Shown in pieces: positions 20,553-29,748 of a stretch of 64,000 nucleotides of DNA (the stretch's first letter is position 1; the number at the start of each line of letters is the position of its first letter). A program made the position numbers and the translations under genes. The DNA comes from Acidimicrobiia bacterium. GTDB taxonomy: Bacteria > Acidobacteriota > Vicinamibacteria > Vicinamibacterales > UBA2999. The notes beneath the pieces are model-generated. The model saw only the letters and a program-made list of their open reading frames with translations, made no database searches and was not told the origin of the DNA. Location of the stretch: assembly GCA_016871275.1 (NCBI GenBank), contig VFZG01000016.1:2045-66044 (forward strand). The letters run 5' to 3'.

Positions 20553-21403
20553 TGCCAATCAAAACTGTCGGAGTGCTTGGCTGCGGCCTGATGGGCGCGG
20601 GGATTGCGCAAGTGTCGGCCGCCGCCGGATTCAAGACCATCGTCCTCGAAGTGAACGAGGACGTGCTGAAGAAGGGTCTCGGCCGGATTGAGAAGTTCCT
20701 GGCCGGCGGCGTGGAGAAGGGCAAGGTCACCGGGGAGCAGCGGAAGACGGTCCTCGACAACCTGTCCGGCACCACCAAGTATGCCGACCTGAAGGACTGT
20801 GACCTGGTCATCGAGGCGATCATCGAGAACGTCGAGATCAAGAAGCAGGCTTACGCGCAGGTCGAAGCGGTCGTGGGGCCGCACTGCATCATCGCCTCGA
20901 ACACCTCGTCGCTCTGCATCACCGAGCTCGGCGCGGCCACCAGGCGCCCGGACAAGGTCGGCGGACTGCATTTCTTCAATCCCGTGCCGCTGATGAAGCT
21001 GGTCGAGGTGATCCGCGCGCTGGCCACCAGCCAGCAGACGCACGACACGTTGATGGGGTTCGTGCAGGCGATCGGCAAGGAGCCGATTAGCGCGCCGGAC
21101 AAGGGCGGCTTCATTGTCAATCGGCTGCTGGTGCCGTATTTACTCGATGCGATTCGCTGCCTGGAAGAAGGCCTCGGCACGGCGCAGGACATCGACAACG
21201 GCATGAAGCTCGGATGCGGCCATCCCATGGGGCCGTTGGCGCTGCTCGACTTCGTCGGCCTCGATACCACCTATTACATTGCCAACATCATGTTCGACGA
21301 GTTCCGCGAGCAACGCTTCGCGCCGCCCCCGCTGCTCAGGCGCATGGTGCTGGCCGGGCATCTCGGCAAGAAGTCCGGCAAGGGCTTCTACGATTACAAG
21401 TGA
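20552..21403 (+). CDS. hbd: 3-hydroxybutyryl-CoA / 3-hydroxyacyl-CoA dehydrogenase
   Basis: Rossmann motif VGVLGCGLMGAGIAQ, plus HFFNPVP and GFIVNRLL motifs. ATG at 20552. Confidence 0.9.
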   Translation: MPIKTVGVLGCGLMGAGIAQVSAAAGFKTIVLEVNEDVLKKGLGRIEKFLAGGVEKGKVTGEQRKTVLDNLSGTTKYADLKDCDLVIEAIIENVEIKKQAYAQVEAVVGPHCIIASNTSSLCITELGAATRRPDKVGGLHFFNPVPLMKLVEVIRALATSQQTHDTLMGFVQAIGKEPISAPDKGGFIVNRLLVPYLLDAIRCLEEGLGTAQDIDNGMKLGCGHPMGPLALLDFVGLDTTYYIANIMFDEFREQRFAPPPLLRRMVLAGHLGKKSGKGFYDYK

Positions 21404-21442
21404 GAAGTGAGAAGTGGGAAGTACTTCTGACTTCTCACTTCC
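21400..21442. terminator. bidirectional terminator hairpin built from heptamer repeats: (GTGAGAA)x3 followed by its inverted complement x3
   Basis: gtgagaa gtgagaa gtgggaa gtacttc tgacttc tcacttc. The arms AGAAGTGAGAAGTGGGAAG and CTTCTGACTTCTCACTTCC pair. It sits between convergent hbd and the TatT-like gene. Confidence 0.7.
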
Positions 21443-21448
21443 TTCCGG

Positions 21449-22213
21449 CTAGCGCGCCAGTTTGTGAAGCAGGCGCCGGGCGACTTCCTTGAACCGTCGA
21501 TCCTCGGGCGTCCAGTCCGGATCGAACGGCGCGTCAATCGCGGCCTGTGCTTCCTTGCGGGCTTCGTTCTTCCTCCCCAGGTCGGCGAGCGTCTCTGCCA
21601 GGAAGATGTGCGAGATGATGCTGTTCGGGTTGTAGGTGAGCGACTTGCGGAGGTGTTCCTCCGACTTCTTGTTGCTGCCGCCGAACAGCTCCGGCACCTT
21701 GAAGTACCAGCGGCCGAGCGCACGGTCGGCGGAGCCGTCCAGGAACGCGGGATCGAGCTGCAGCGTCGTGAGCAGCGCATCCTTGATCGGCCCGCGATAC
21801 CTGATGCCCTGGCGCAGTCCGAAGGACTCGGCCAGCGCGCCCATGTTGGCCGCCATCCAGAAATGCCCCTCGGGCCGGCCGCGGTCGATGGCGATCGCGG
21901 CGCGGGCCGCGGCAATGCCGGCCTCGAGCGCGGTCTTGCGCTCCTTTTCGGGCAGTCCGTTGGTGCCGAGCCAATAGCGCGCCTGCGCGATCCGGTAGGC
22001 GGACTCAAAGTCGCCCGGATTGGCCGCCAGCCGCGCCGCCCACACATCGGCGGCCTTCGTGGCACTTGCCAGATTCTCACGGTCTTTGTACAGGACCTCC
22101 GGATCGTCCGCGGACACCTGGGCCACAGCAGCCACAGCGGCCGATGCCACCGCGGTCCCTCCCAAGAGCGCCGCCAAGTACAATACGGGGATGCAAAATC
22201 TGATCAAGGGCAT
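21449..22213 (-). CDS. secreted TPR-like protein, TatT-family-like
   Basis: Signal peptide [25 protein letters not shown]. ...[11 protein letters not shown]... and [29 protein letters not shown] resemble the TRAP-T-associated TatT family; this assignment is from memory. A GTG at 22150 with a GGGAGG Shine-Dalgarno is an alternative start that would remove the signal peptide. Confidence 0.55.
   Translation of the reverse strand: MPLIRFCIPVLYLAALLGGTAVASAAVAAVAQVSADDPEVLYKDRENLASATKAADVWAARLAANPGDFESAYRIAQARYWLGTNGLPEKERKTALEAGIAAARAAIAIDRGRPEGHFWMAANMGALAESFGLRQGIRYRGPIKDALLTTLQLDPAFLDGSADRALGRWYFKVPELFGGSNKKSEEHLRKSLTYNPNSIISHIFLAETLADLGRKNEARKEAQAAIDAPFDPDWTPEDRRFKEVARRLLHKLAR
22179..22184 (+). 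promoter_or_regulatory. -10-like hexamer TACAAT, 6 nt upstream of the folE ATG (leaderless candidate)
   Basis: TACAAT-N6-ATG(22191). It lies inside the 5' coding region of the divergent gene if that gene starts at 22213. Confidence 0.45.
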
Positions 22214-22796
22214 GCTGGAGGAACTAGGTGAGGACCCGGATCGCGAGGGCCTGTTGAAAACGCCGGAGAGGGTTGACAAGTCCATGCGTTTCCTCACAAG
22301 CGGATACTCCGCTGACATCGATGCGGCTCTGAACGGGGCGATGTTCAGCGTCGATTATAGCGAGATGGTGATTGTGCGGGACATCGACTTCTACAGCCTG
22401 TGCGAGCATCACCTGCTGCCGTTCTTCGGCAAGTGCCACGTCGCCTACATTCCGAACGGCAGAGTGATCGGCCTCAGCAAGATTCCGCGGCTGGTGGAAA
22501 TTTTCGCGCGGCGGCTGCAATTGCAGGAGCGGCTCACCAATCAGATCGCCCAGACGATTCTCGAGAAGATCAACCCACTCGGTGTGGCCGTGGTCTGCGA
22601 GGGCACGCACTTGTGCATGGCGATGCGAGGCGTGGAGAAACAGAACTCCTATACGATTACCAGCGCGATGCTGGGCATGTTCCGCGACCAGGCCCGCACC
22701 CGCATGGAGTTCCTCGAGCTGCTGAAACTGCGAGGCGGCAGCCTGTCGGTGACAGGACTGCCGCTCCCACAGGGTTCACATCACCTGGACGACTAG
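22191..22796 (+). CDS. folE: GTP cyclohydrolase I
   Basis: [25 protein letters not shown] zinc site, RLQLQERLT. Confidence 0.9.
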   Translation: MQNLIKGMLEELGEDPDREGLLKTPERVDKSMRFLTSGYSADIDAALNGAMFSVDYSEMVIVRDIDFYSLCEHHLLPFFGKCHVAYIPNGRVIGLSKIPRLVEIFARRLQLQERLTNQIAQTILEKINPLGVAVVCEGTHLCMAMRGVEKQNSYTITSAMLGMFRDQARTRMEFLELLKLRGGSLSVTGLPLPQGSHHLDD

Positions 22797-22899
22797 TGGA
22801 GCGTATCAACGAACACGACCGTCCGGACTCCGCGCTCGTTGGGCGTCCAGGGGCCGGGCCGATGGAACGGCCCACTGTCGAACTCGAACGGGCGACCCA

Positions 22900-25737
22900 C
22901 TAGAAGCGGAACGCCACGTTGAAGCGGATGTTCCGCGGGCCGTAGACCTGCGCCGGCGAGGCGAACTGCGGCACGGTGTTGATGGCGCCGTTCGGATCGC
23001 CGTTCTGCCGCAGGCCAATCGTGCCGCCCAGCGAGCGCGCGTCCCAGAAGGTGTTGGTGTTGGTGAAGTTATGCACGTCCACCGACACTTCGAGGCTGCG
23101 CGTGCCGAAGTTGGCCGTCTTGAAAAACCGCAGATCGCCGGCGGTGCGCGTCGGCAGGCGATACGAGCCGAGCGGCTCCACGTTGACCGCGGTGTTGCCC
23201 CCGACCGTGAGCGCGGTGTTGATCGAGCGGGTGATCACCGCGCCGCTCTGGCGATTCAGGTTCGCGGCGAAGCCGATGTCGTACCACGGCAGAAGGTAGG
23301 TGCCGGTCACCTTGAACTGGTGCGGTCGGTCGCCGATCTGGCCCGTGACCGGGCCCTCGGCATTGATCAGCGCGTTCGGGTTGACGTTGACGCTCAGGCC
23401 CTTCTGTCTCGTCTGGCTGTAGGTGTAGCCCATCAGCATCTGCCACCGGTTCGACATGCGCTTGGTGGCCGTGATCTCGACGCCGTTGTAGGTCTGCCGG
23501 AACGTCGGGTCGTTGATGTGATGGGTCAGGTTCGTGCCGCCAACGGTGCGGTTGTAGAACCGGAACGTACTGTCGTCAGCGGTCCCGGCCACGCCGTCGC
23601 GACCGACATCGGCGCGCGTGGTCAGGAACGTGTCGAATGGCCTGGCGGGATTCGACGTCGCCTGGATGTCCCGCTCGACGCGGTGCGTGCCAATGACGCT
23701 CAGGCGCAGGTTGGGCAACAGCTCGTGGTCAATGCCGCCGGTCACCTCGTCGGTGTACGGCCGGCGGTAGTTGGGGTCCTTCGTGACGGTGGTGGTGTTG
23801 ACCCGTGAAATCACCGGCGTCCCGGTCTGTTCGCCCTGCTGGAAGCGACGGTCGCCGTTGAGGTCGTTCCACGCGTACTGTTCCGAATAGTTGCCGTTCG
23901 GATTGAAGCCGGCCAGGATGCCGCCGCCGGCGGAAATCATGTAGTAATAGCGGCCCGCCGCGACCTTCAGGCCGGTGCGGCCGTTGCCCCTGACGTCGTA
24001 CGCGGCGCTGAGGCGCGGCCCCATGGTCTTCCAGTCGACGATGTCGGGGATCTCCGCAAAGGTGCGCTGTTGCGTGGGGAACCAACGGCTCGCGGGACTG
24101 CTCTGCTCGGGGAGATACCCGTTGAGGTGTTCCCACCGGATACCGGCGGTCACGGTCAGCCGCTTCCAAGAGACCGAGTCCTGCGCGTACAGCGACAGCA
24201 CGTTAAGGGCGGTCTGGGAGGAGACCGGAGTCGCAAACAAGGTGACGTTCTGCGATAGGCCGGTGGCGCTGCTGTACGTCAGGTCGACGTCGTCGTGGCG
24301 AACGTCACGCTGTTCGATGGTCATGTGCGAATAATCCGCGCCGAACTTGAACTCGTGCCGGCCGCCGAGCGCCTCGTCCACATAAAGCTGTCCGGTGGTA
24401 TTCATCTGATAGCGATCGCGCCAGCGTTCGGCGCCGGTTGCGGCGTTGCGGGTGCGGATGTTGGTGGCCGTGTCAAGCAGCGTCTGATCGCTGCCGTTCA
24501 AGTAGGTCGGGAAGAAGATCTTGTTCAAGCCGACGCGGGCGTCGACGAAGAACCGCTGCGTCACCACCGAATTCCACAGCAGTTGGTAGATGTCGAAGAC
24601 GTCGTCTTCGTTGTTGGTCGATTCGAGCACCGTGACGTTGGACGCGGTCAGGAAGCGGTGCGGCTTCTTGTAGTACTGCCGTGAATACAACGCCGTCAGG
24701 CGGTTACGGTCGTTCACCTGGTAGTTGGCGTTGACCAGGCCCGATGTGATGTCGGTGCTGTCCAGCACCAGCGTCGAGAACGCCGCCGGGACGTTGACGT
24801 GGACGCGCCAGTCGCGGAACGAGGTGAAGACGCGCAGTTTGCGGGCGATCGCTGGACCGCCGATGCTGACATTCGCGTCCGAGGTGTAGTCCACGCTGTT
24901 GGTGGCCGGGCGGAAGCCGTAGCGCAGCAGGTTGGCGTCGATGTTCTGCGTCTGGGTGGCGTCGCCGAGCCACGCGAGCGTGGCGCGGCCGCGCCAGTTA
25001 TCGCCGCCGCTCTTGGTCACCATGTTGAGGAACACGCCGCCCGTCGGCACGCTGATGTCGTGCGCGCCGGTCGACACCTGGATGTCTTCGAACGCGTCGA
25101 AGTCGTAATAGAAGCCGGCGGCGCCAATTGCGGCCGGATCGCCGACGTTGATGCCGTTGAGGTAACTGGTGTTCTGAGCGCTGGTGGTGCCGCGCGCGTT
25201 GAAGACGCCCTGCAGGCCGCCGGACGTGCCGCCCACGTCGGGACGCGTGATCAGCAGGCTGGGCACCTTGTACTCGACCAGCGACCAGATGTCGCGGCCG
25301 CCCGGCGTGGCCTGGAGCAGCTGCTCACTGAGGTTGACGCTGGTGTTGGCCGTCGTGGTGTCGACCACCGGTGACGCGCCCGTCACCGTGACCGTTTCAG
25401 CGACCGTCGCCACCGACAACTGCAAATCGAGTGGCACGGTCTGGCCGACAATCACCTGGACGTTCTCGCGAATGACGGTGCGGAAACCCTGCAGATCGAG
25501 CTTCACCGAGTACATGCCGGGTTGCAGCGACGGGAAGCGATTGACGCCGCCGCTGTCGGTGACGCCGGTCGTCGAACCGGCCACGAGCACTGGGCTTGTC
25601 AAGGTGACCGTGACGCCGGGAACGGCACCGCCTTGTTGATCGGTCACTCGGACAAGAATCGAGCCCGTCTGCACCTGGGCGAAGACGGGCACTGCGACGG
25701 CCAGGAATGCGAGGGCCGATAGGACTCGTGCTCTCAT
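22900..25737 (-). CDS. TonB-dependent receptor with N-terminal carboxypeptidase-regulatory-like domain
   Basis: Signal peptide ...VPVFAQ, GSILVRVTDQQGGAVPGVTVTL, long barrel, terminal ...FNVAFRF. GGAGGAAG Shine-Dalgarno. Confidence 0.85.
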   Translation of the reverse strand: MRARVLSALAFLAVAVPVFAQVQTGSILVRVTDQQGGAVPGVTVTLTSPVLVAGSTTGVTDSGGVNRFPSLQPGMYSVKLDLQGFRTVIRENVQVIVGQTVPLDLQLSVATVAETVTVTGASPVVDTTTANTSVNLSEQLLQATPGGRDIWSLVEYKVPSLLITRPDVGGTSGGLQGVFNARGTTSAQNTSYLNGINVGDPAAIGAAGFYYDFDAFEDIQVSTGAHDISVPTGGVFLNMVTKSGGDNWRGRATLAWLGDATQTQNIDANLLRYGFRPATNSVDYTSDANVSIGGPAIARKLRVFTSFRDWRVHVNVPAAFSTLVLDSTDITSGLVNANYQVNDRNRLTALYSRQYYKKPHRFLTASNVTVLESTNNEDDVFDIYQLLWNSVVTQRFFVDARVGLNKIFFPTYLNGSDQTLLDTATNIRTRNAATGAERWRDRYQMNTTGQLYVDEALGGRHEFKFGADYSHMTIEQRDVRHDDVDLTYSSATGLSQNVTLFATPVSSQTALNVLSLYAQDSVSWKRLTVTAGIRWEHLNGYLPEQSSPASRWFPTQQRTFAEIPDIVDWKTMGPRLSAAYDVRGNGRTGLKVAAGRYYYMISAGGGILAGFNPNGNYSEQYAWNDLNGDRRFQQGEQTGTPVISRVNTTTVTKDPNYRRPYTDEVTGGIDHELLPNLRLSVIGTHRVERDIQATSNPARPFDTFLTTRADVGRDGVAGTADDSTFRFYNRTVGGTNLTHHINDPTFRQTYNGVEITATKRMSNRWQMLMGYTYSQTRQKGLSVNVNPNALINAEGPVTGQIGDRPHQFKVTGTYLLPWYDIGFAANLNRQSGAVITRSINTALTVGGNTAVNVEPLGSYRLPTRTAGDLRFFKTANFGTRSLEVSVDVHNFTNTNTFWDARSLGGTIGLRQNGDPNGAINTVPQFASPAQVYGPRNIRFNVAFRF

Positions 25738-25906
25738 TACTTCCTCCGAATTTTTGTTTCATGCTTACGAGTTATTGGATGGAACGGCTTGAGCGACAAC
25801 AGGCTCCGGCTGTCAAACAACGACAGCGACGAACCCCAGCCGACAACGACCTGACAGGTGCACAAGCATGACGCAAGCAACGAGCAATACCCCTGCCAGC
25901 GGACTA

Positions 25907-25912
25907 TATACT
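25907..25912 (+). promoter_or_regulatory. -10-like hexamer TATACT, 6 nt upstream of the ATG at 25919 (leaderless candidate)
   Basis: ggacTATATACTgaagccATG, with no Shine-Dalgarno. Supports 25919 over the ORF-track start at 25868. Confidence 0.4.
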
Positions 25913-25918
25913 GAAGCC

Positions 25919-26617
25919 ATGCGTCTGACTCGGGTGGGTCTATTGATCGCGCTTATGTGCGCATTAGCTACAGGGCCGCTTGATGCGCAGACGCGGAAGA
26001 CCACGCCGAAAAAGTCCACGCGCACCACCAAGAAGACGCCCGAGCCCCCCCTCTCACGCATTCAGGCCGATTGGAAGTGCGCGTCCGAGCTTGGCGTCGG
26101 CGTATCCACCGCCAGACGATATTGCGACGTGCTCACCGGCAACGACCCCAAGGACGGGGTGCTCATCACCATTCCGCCGCACCGCGGCCCGGTCACGATG
26201 TCGTTCGAGCTGCACAATCGCCACACCTATTCGGCCGAACTGGTGAAGTTGCAGCAGGCCTACCGCAAGTACACGGCGACGATCGGCGTGTTGACGATGG
26301 ACAACACGCTGGTGGATCGGGCGGTGGTGCAGAGCGAATTCCGTACTGAGAAGGACTTGTTCGATCGCATCAGCGGCGGCGCCGGTCCCGGCGGCGTGAA
26401 AGCGGTGGCCCCGTCAGGCGACGAGTTGATCGTGATGGAGCTGCCCGCCGACGTGCAGGATCAGGTGTCGATCCTGGGAGAAAAACTGTTGGTGATGCGG
26501 CAGGACGGCACCGACACCTTCACCAGCCCTGGACGGCCGATTGCGACCATCAGCAACGTGATGCTGGAGTACCGGCCGGGTCCGCCGCCGAAGAAGGCGC
26601 CCGCCAAGAAACCCTAG
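25919..26617 (+). CDS. hypothetical secreted protein with Lys/Thr/Pro-rich N- and C-terminal linkers
   Basis: Signal peptide MRLTRVGLLIALMCALATGPLDAQ, then TRKTTPKKSTRTTKKTPEPP. No recognised domain. Confidence 0.55.
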   Translation: MRLTRVGLLIALMCALATGPLDAQTRKTTPKKSTRTTKKTPEPPLSRIQADWKCASELGVGVSTARRYCDVLTGNDPKDGVLITIPPHRGPVTMSFELHNRHTYSAELVKLQQAYRKYTATIGVLTMDNTLVDRAVVQSEFRTEKDLFDRISGGAGPGGVKAVAPSGDELIVMELPADVQDQVSILGEKLLVMRQDGTDTFTSPGRPIATISNVMLEYRPGPPPKKAPAKKP

Positions 26618-27432
26618 CCGGACTGGTGCTTCAAGGCGACCAGCGGCAGGTCACGCTGTGCCGCCCACCGCTCCCATTCGTGCGCGGTCTTCGTGATGAA
26701 GATCGCGCTGGGGTCGGCGCCGTCGGCGAGACCGAGTCCCTCGTACAGCCGCGCGCGAAAATGGGGCTCCAACGCCCCGACCGCGATGGTGCCGTCGAGC
26801 GTCGGGTAGATCGCGTAGGCGGGATTGGCGCCGCCGAGCGGCCCGCCTTGACAGGTCAGGCGATGGCGCAATGGAGCGGCCAGGTCGCGCAGTGTGTCGT
26901 ACAGGCCGACCACGCGGCTCTCACCGCGCCGTGCCGCGACGTCCTGAATCACGCCATAGGCGCGCTCCGCGCCCGCCATGTCTGCGAGCAGCGTCAGCGG
27001 CATCCTGTCTGCAAGCAGGCCCGCGCGCGCCTGGTAGGTGAGATCGTGGCCCGGTTCCTCTGGCTGCGCCGAGTCACCGACAATGCTGACATGGTTGACC
27101 GACGGGAACGCTGCTCGCAGTGAGAGGGCATCGAGTCCGAGGCGCTGCAGGGCCGATGGCCGCTGGCTCGCCAGCAACACGTCACAGGCGGCAAGCATGG
27201 CCTTGACGCGCGCCAGGCCGCCGGCGGTTTTCAGATCGACTCGTTCAACACGCACATGCCGGTGCAAGTCGTCGTACCACGGCTTGCTGAGCCTCTCGAG
27301 CTGATCGCCCCATGGCGGCTCGATCTTCGTCGCCTCGGCGCCCTCGGCGGCCAGCCGCGCCACCGCGACCGGTCCCGGCACGTTCTGCGCGAGGCTAACG
27401 ATGCGCACGCGCCGCGTCGCCTCTGCCCGCAC
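26614..27432 (-). CDS. CoA-transferase family III (CaiB/BaiF-like) protein, short form
   Basis: RVRIVSLAQNVPGPVAVARLAAEGAEATKIEPP matches the family III N-terminal motif. The start is uncertain (GTG at 27432 or 27408). It overlaps the upstream hydrolase stop. Confidence 0.65.
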   Translation of the reverse strand: MRAEATRRVRIVSLAQNVPGPVAVARLAAEGAEATKIEPPWGDQLERLSKPWYDDLHRHVRVERVDLKTAGGLARVKAMLAACDVLLASQRPSALQRLGLDALSLRAAFPSVNHVSIVGDSAQPEEPGHDLTYQARAGLLADRMPLTLLADMAGAERAYGVIQDVAARRGESRVVGLYDTLRDLAAPLRHRLTCQGGPLGGANPAYAIYPTLDGTIAVGALEPHFRARLYEGLGLADGADPSAIFITKTAHEWERWAAQRDLPLVALKHQSG

Positions 27433-28006
27433 TCCGCCGGGCCATCCAGTCGTCGAGAATGTCACCGAGGTGCAGACCAGGCGCGGGTGCCGGCAGCTGT
27501 GCGCGAATGTCATAACTGCGCAGGATGCGCATTCTCGACAGGTAGCCTTCGCGGGTCGTCGTCCGCATCAGCTCGAGGCATTGACGAACCTCGTCTCGAT
27601 CGGTGGTCGGCGAGTGCATGCGGCCGGCGACGAGTTGCCCGACGATGCGCATCATGCCCCAGGGCGTGGCGCGCAGCAGGTGATATCCGAGCCAGAGCCG
27701 CACCTGCGATCCCAAGTGCGCGAAGGAATTCAGGATGACCAGGCGATCGATGCGCTCAGGGTGGGCGAGGGCATAACTCAGGGCCCGCGCGCCGCTGAAG
27801 GACTCGCCCAGCAGCGTGACCCGCCGAGCCCCGGCGACGCGGCTGATTTCGTCGTCAAGATCCCGGACCAGTTCCTCCATCCGCTCCACGTCGTCGCGAA
27901 GCCGCGTGGCGGTCACGGTAAAGCGGGTTTCGAGCTCCGGGATCTGCCTGCAAAAGAGGTGTCCAGTGCCATCAATGCCGGGCACCAGCACCAAGTGTTC
28001 CTTCAT
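27395..28006 (-). CDS. alpha/beta-fold hydrolase
   Basis: LVLVPGIDGTG and the nucleophile elbow GESFSG (GxSxG). 203 aa. Confidence 0.7.
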   Translation of the reverse strand: MKEHLVLVPGIDGTGHLFCRQIPELETRFTVTATRLRDDVERMEELVRDLDDEISRVAGARRVTLLGESFSGARALSYALAHPERIDRLVILNSFAHLGSQVRLWLGYHLLRATPWGMMRIVGQLVAGRMHSPTTDRDEVRQCLELMRTTTREGYLSRMRILRSYDIRAQLPAPAPGLHLGDILDDWMARRSAGRGDAARAHR

Positions 28007-28037
28007 CGGCCTCTCTCTCTATGCTACTCTCCGCCCG

Positions 28038-28387
28038 GTGACGGCAGCGCAGGCGGGGCGTGTGGGGTGGACGGTGGTCTCGATCTTCGTGGTCGAGACG
28101 GTGCTGTTCGGGCTGTCGGTCATGCCGGCCTTCACGTTCTGGTCCTGGGCGCTGACGTGGGTGCCGAACCGGTGGATTCTGAGGCCGGCCGTGCTGGCCG
28201 GTTCGTGACCGTCGGCCTGGGCAGTATGGTGGGCATCAACGTCGAGGCGGGGGAGAAGGGCCAGAGTGGCGCGATGAGTGTGGTGCTGAAGGGCACCAGG
28301 CTCGACGCCGGCAACGTCTACGCGGGCGTTCCGGTCCGCAAGATTGAGCGCAACGCGCCATCTGCCGTCGTCGAAACGGCATCGTGA
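28038..28387 (+). pseudogene. WcaF-like hexapeptide acetyltransferase remnant (frameshifted, middle deleted)
   Basis: Frame A (28038..28208) encodes VTAAQAGRVGWTVVSIFVVETVLFGLSVMPAFTFWSWALTWVPNRWILRPAVLAGS, like the hydrophobic N-terminus of WcaF-type acetyltransferases. Frame B ends ...GAMSVVLKGTRLDAGNVYAGVPVRKIERN (to 28387), like their C-terminus. The total is only about 116 codons against about 180 expected. Confidence 0.45.
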
Positions 28388-29132
28388 CCCATCGACTCAA
28401 CCTCACGCTCGCGAGGCTCGCTTGACGTTGCGCCTAGGGCAGGCCCACCTCATTTCCATCGTCGTTCCAGTCTTCAACGAGGCGCCGACGGTGGCCGACG
28501 TGATCGAGCGGCTGCTGGAAATCGACCTGCCCGCGCCGCGGGAAATCCTCGTCGTCAACGACGGCTCGACCGACGGGACCCGTCAGGTCCTCGATGCATT
28601 GCGGCCGCGGCCGGAGCTGAAGATTGTGCACGCCGAGAAGAACGGCGGCAAGGGCAGCGCGATCCGGATTGGGTTTGCGCGCGCCACCGGAACGATTGTC
28701 GCGATCCAGGATGCCGACCTAGAGCTCGATCCCGCGCAGATCGCCGACTTGGTGACCCCAATCATCCAGGGCCGCTCGCGGGTGGTGTATGGCTCGCGCT
28801 TTCTCGCGGGCCGCCCCGATGCGCCGTGGCTGTCGATCTTCGCCAACCAGGTCCTGACCGGGTTTACCAACCTCCTCTACGGCGGCCGGATCACCGACAT
28901 GGAGACTTGCTACAAGATCATGGAGCGCGACGTGGCGCGATCGCTGAATCTGGAGTCGAACCGGTTCGACATCGAGCCGGAGATCACGGCGAAGCTGCTG
29001 CGTCACGGGCACGCCATTTTCGAGCTGCCGATCCGCTTCAATCCCCGCAGCCGCGCGCAGGGCAAGAAGATTGGCTGGCGCGACGGCGTGCGGGCGATCC
29101 AGGTCCTGTTCAAGTACCGCTTTTCCAAATGA
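28344..29132 (+). CDS. family 2 glycosyltransferase (polyprenol-phosphate glycosyltransferase-like)
   Basis: ISIVVPVFNE, VVNDGSTDGT, QDADLE (DxD). The start is uncertain: in-frame TTG codons at 28344, 28422 and 28428. Confidence 0.8.
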   Translation: MSATRHLPSSKRHRDPSTQPHAREARLTLRLGQAHLISIVVPVFNEAPTVADVIERLLEIDLPAPREILVVNDGSTDGTRQVLDALRPRPELKIVHAEKNGGKGSAIRIGFARATGTIVAIQDADLELDPAQIADLVTPIIQGRSRVVYGSRFLAGRPDAPWLSIFANQVLTGFTNLLYGGRITDMETCYKIMERDVARSLNLESNRFDIEPEITAKLLRHGHAIFELPIRFNPRSRAQGKKIGWRDGVRAIQVLFKYRFSK

Positions 29133-29190
29133 CCCGCCATCGCTGAGGCTGCCGTCGGCCTTCGGCCATGCGGCGGCGTGACCGGCGGCG

Positions 29191-29748
29191 CTATTGGAGG
29201 ACCCAGTCCCCGAGGAAGATATAGATCGCGTAGACCGCGCCCTCGCCAATGACGACGCCGATGATGAACTTCTTGAAGTCGATCTTCAGCGAGCCGCAGA
29301 CATAGCAGAGCACGTCGGTCGGCAGAAACAGCATGAAGCTCCAGCCGATGATGATCGGCAGCTGGTACGACTGCAGCAGCAGCTTGAGCCGGCGGATGTG
29401 ATGCGGGTAGTGGCGCTCGACCAGCTCGTCAAGGTGCAGCGCCTCGGCAAACCAGTAGCAGATGGCCGACGAGATTGCGATGCACGGCACCGTGAGCGCC
29501 ATCAACACCCACGCATCGAAGAACGGCATCGCGACCAGCAACGGGAACGTCGCCGGCACCAGCGTCAGCGGGCGCAGCGCGCCGATCACCAGGTAGGAGA
29601 TCGATGCGGCCCAGAACGAGGCCGACATCGCGTTGCGCATTTCGGCCTGGACCGCCTCGCGCTGGAAGAAATAAAGGTAGAGGGCACCGCCTGCGATGGC
29701 GACCCAGAGCACGGTCAGGCCGTACCTGACGGCCCGGTTGTGGATCAA
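29191..29748 (-). CDS. DedA/TVP38 (SNARE-associated) family membrane protein
   Basis: About 185 aa with 5-6 TM helices. LPTDVLCYVCGSLKIDFKKFIIGVVIGEG resembles the PF09335 core. The TTG start at 29748 overlaps the actP stop (ATTGA). The long ORF-track entry 29191..31206 is this gene fused to an out-of-frame shadow of actP. Confidence 0.65.
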   Translation of the reverse strand: MIHNRAVRYGLTVLWVAIAGGALYLYFFQREAVQAEMRNAMSASFWAASISYLVIGALRPLTLVPATFPLLVAMPFFDAWVLMALTVPCIAISSAICYWFAEALHLDELVERHYPHHIRRLKLLLQSYQLPIIIGWSFMLFLPTDVLCYVCGSLKIDFKKFIIGVVIGEGAVYAIYIFLGDWVLQ

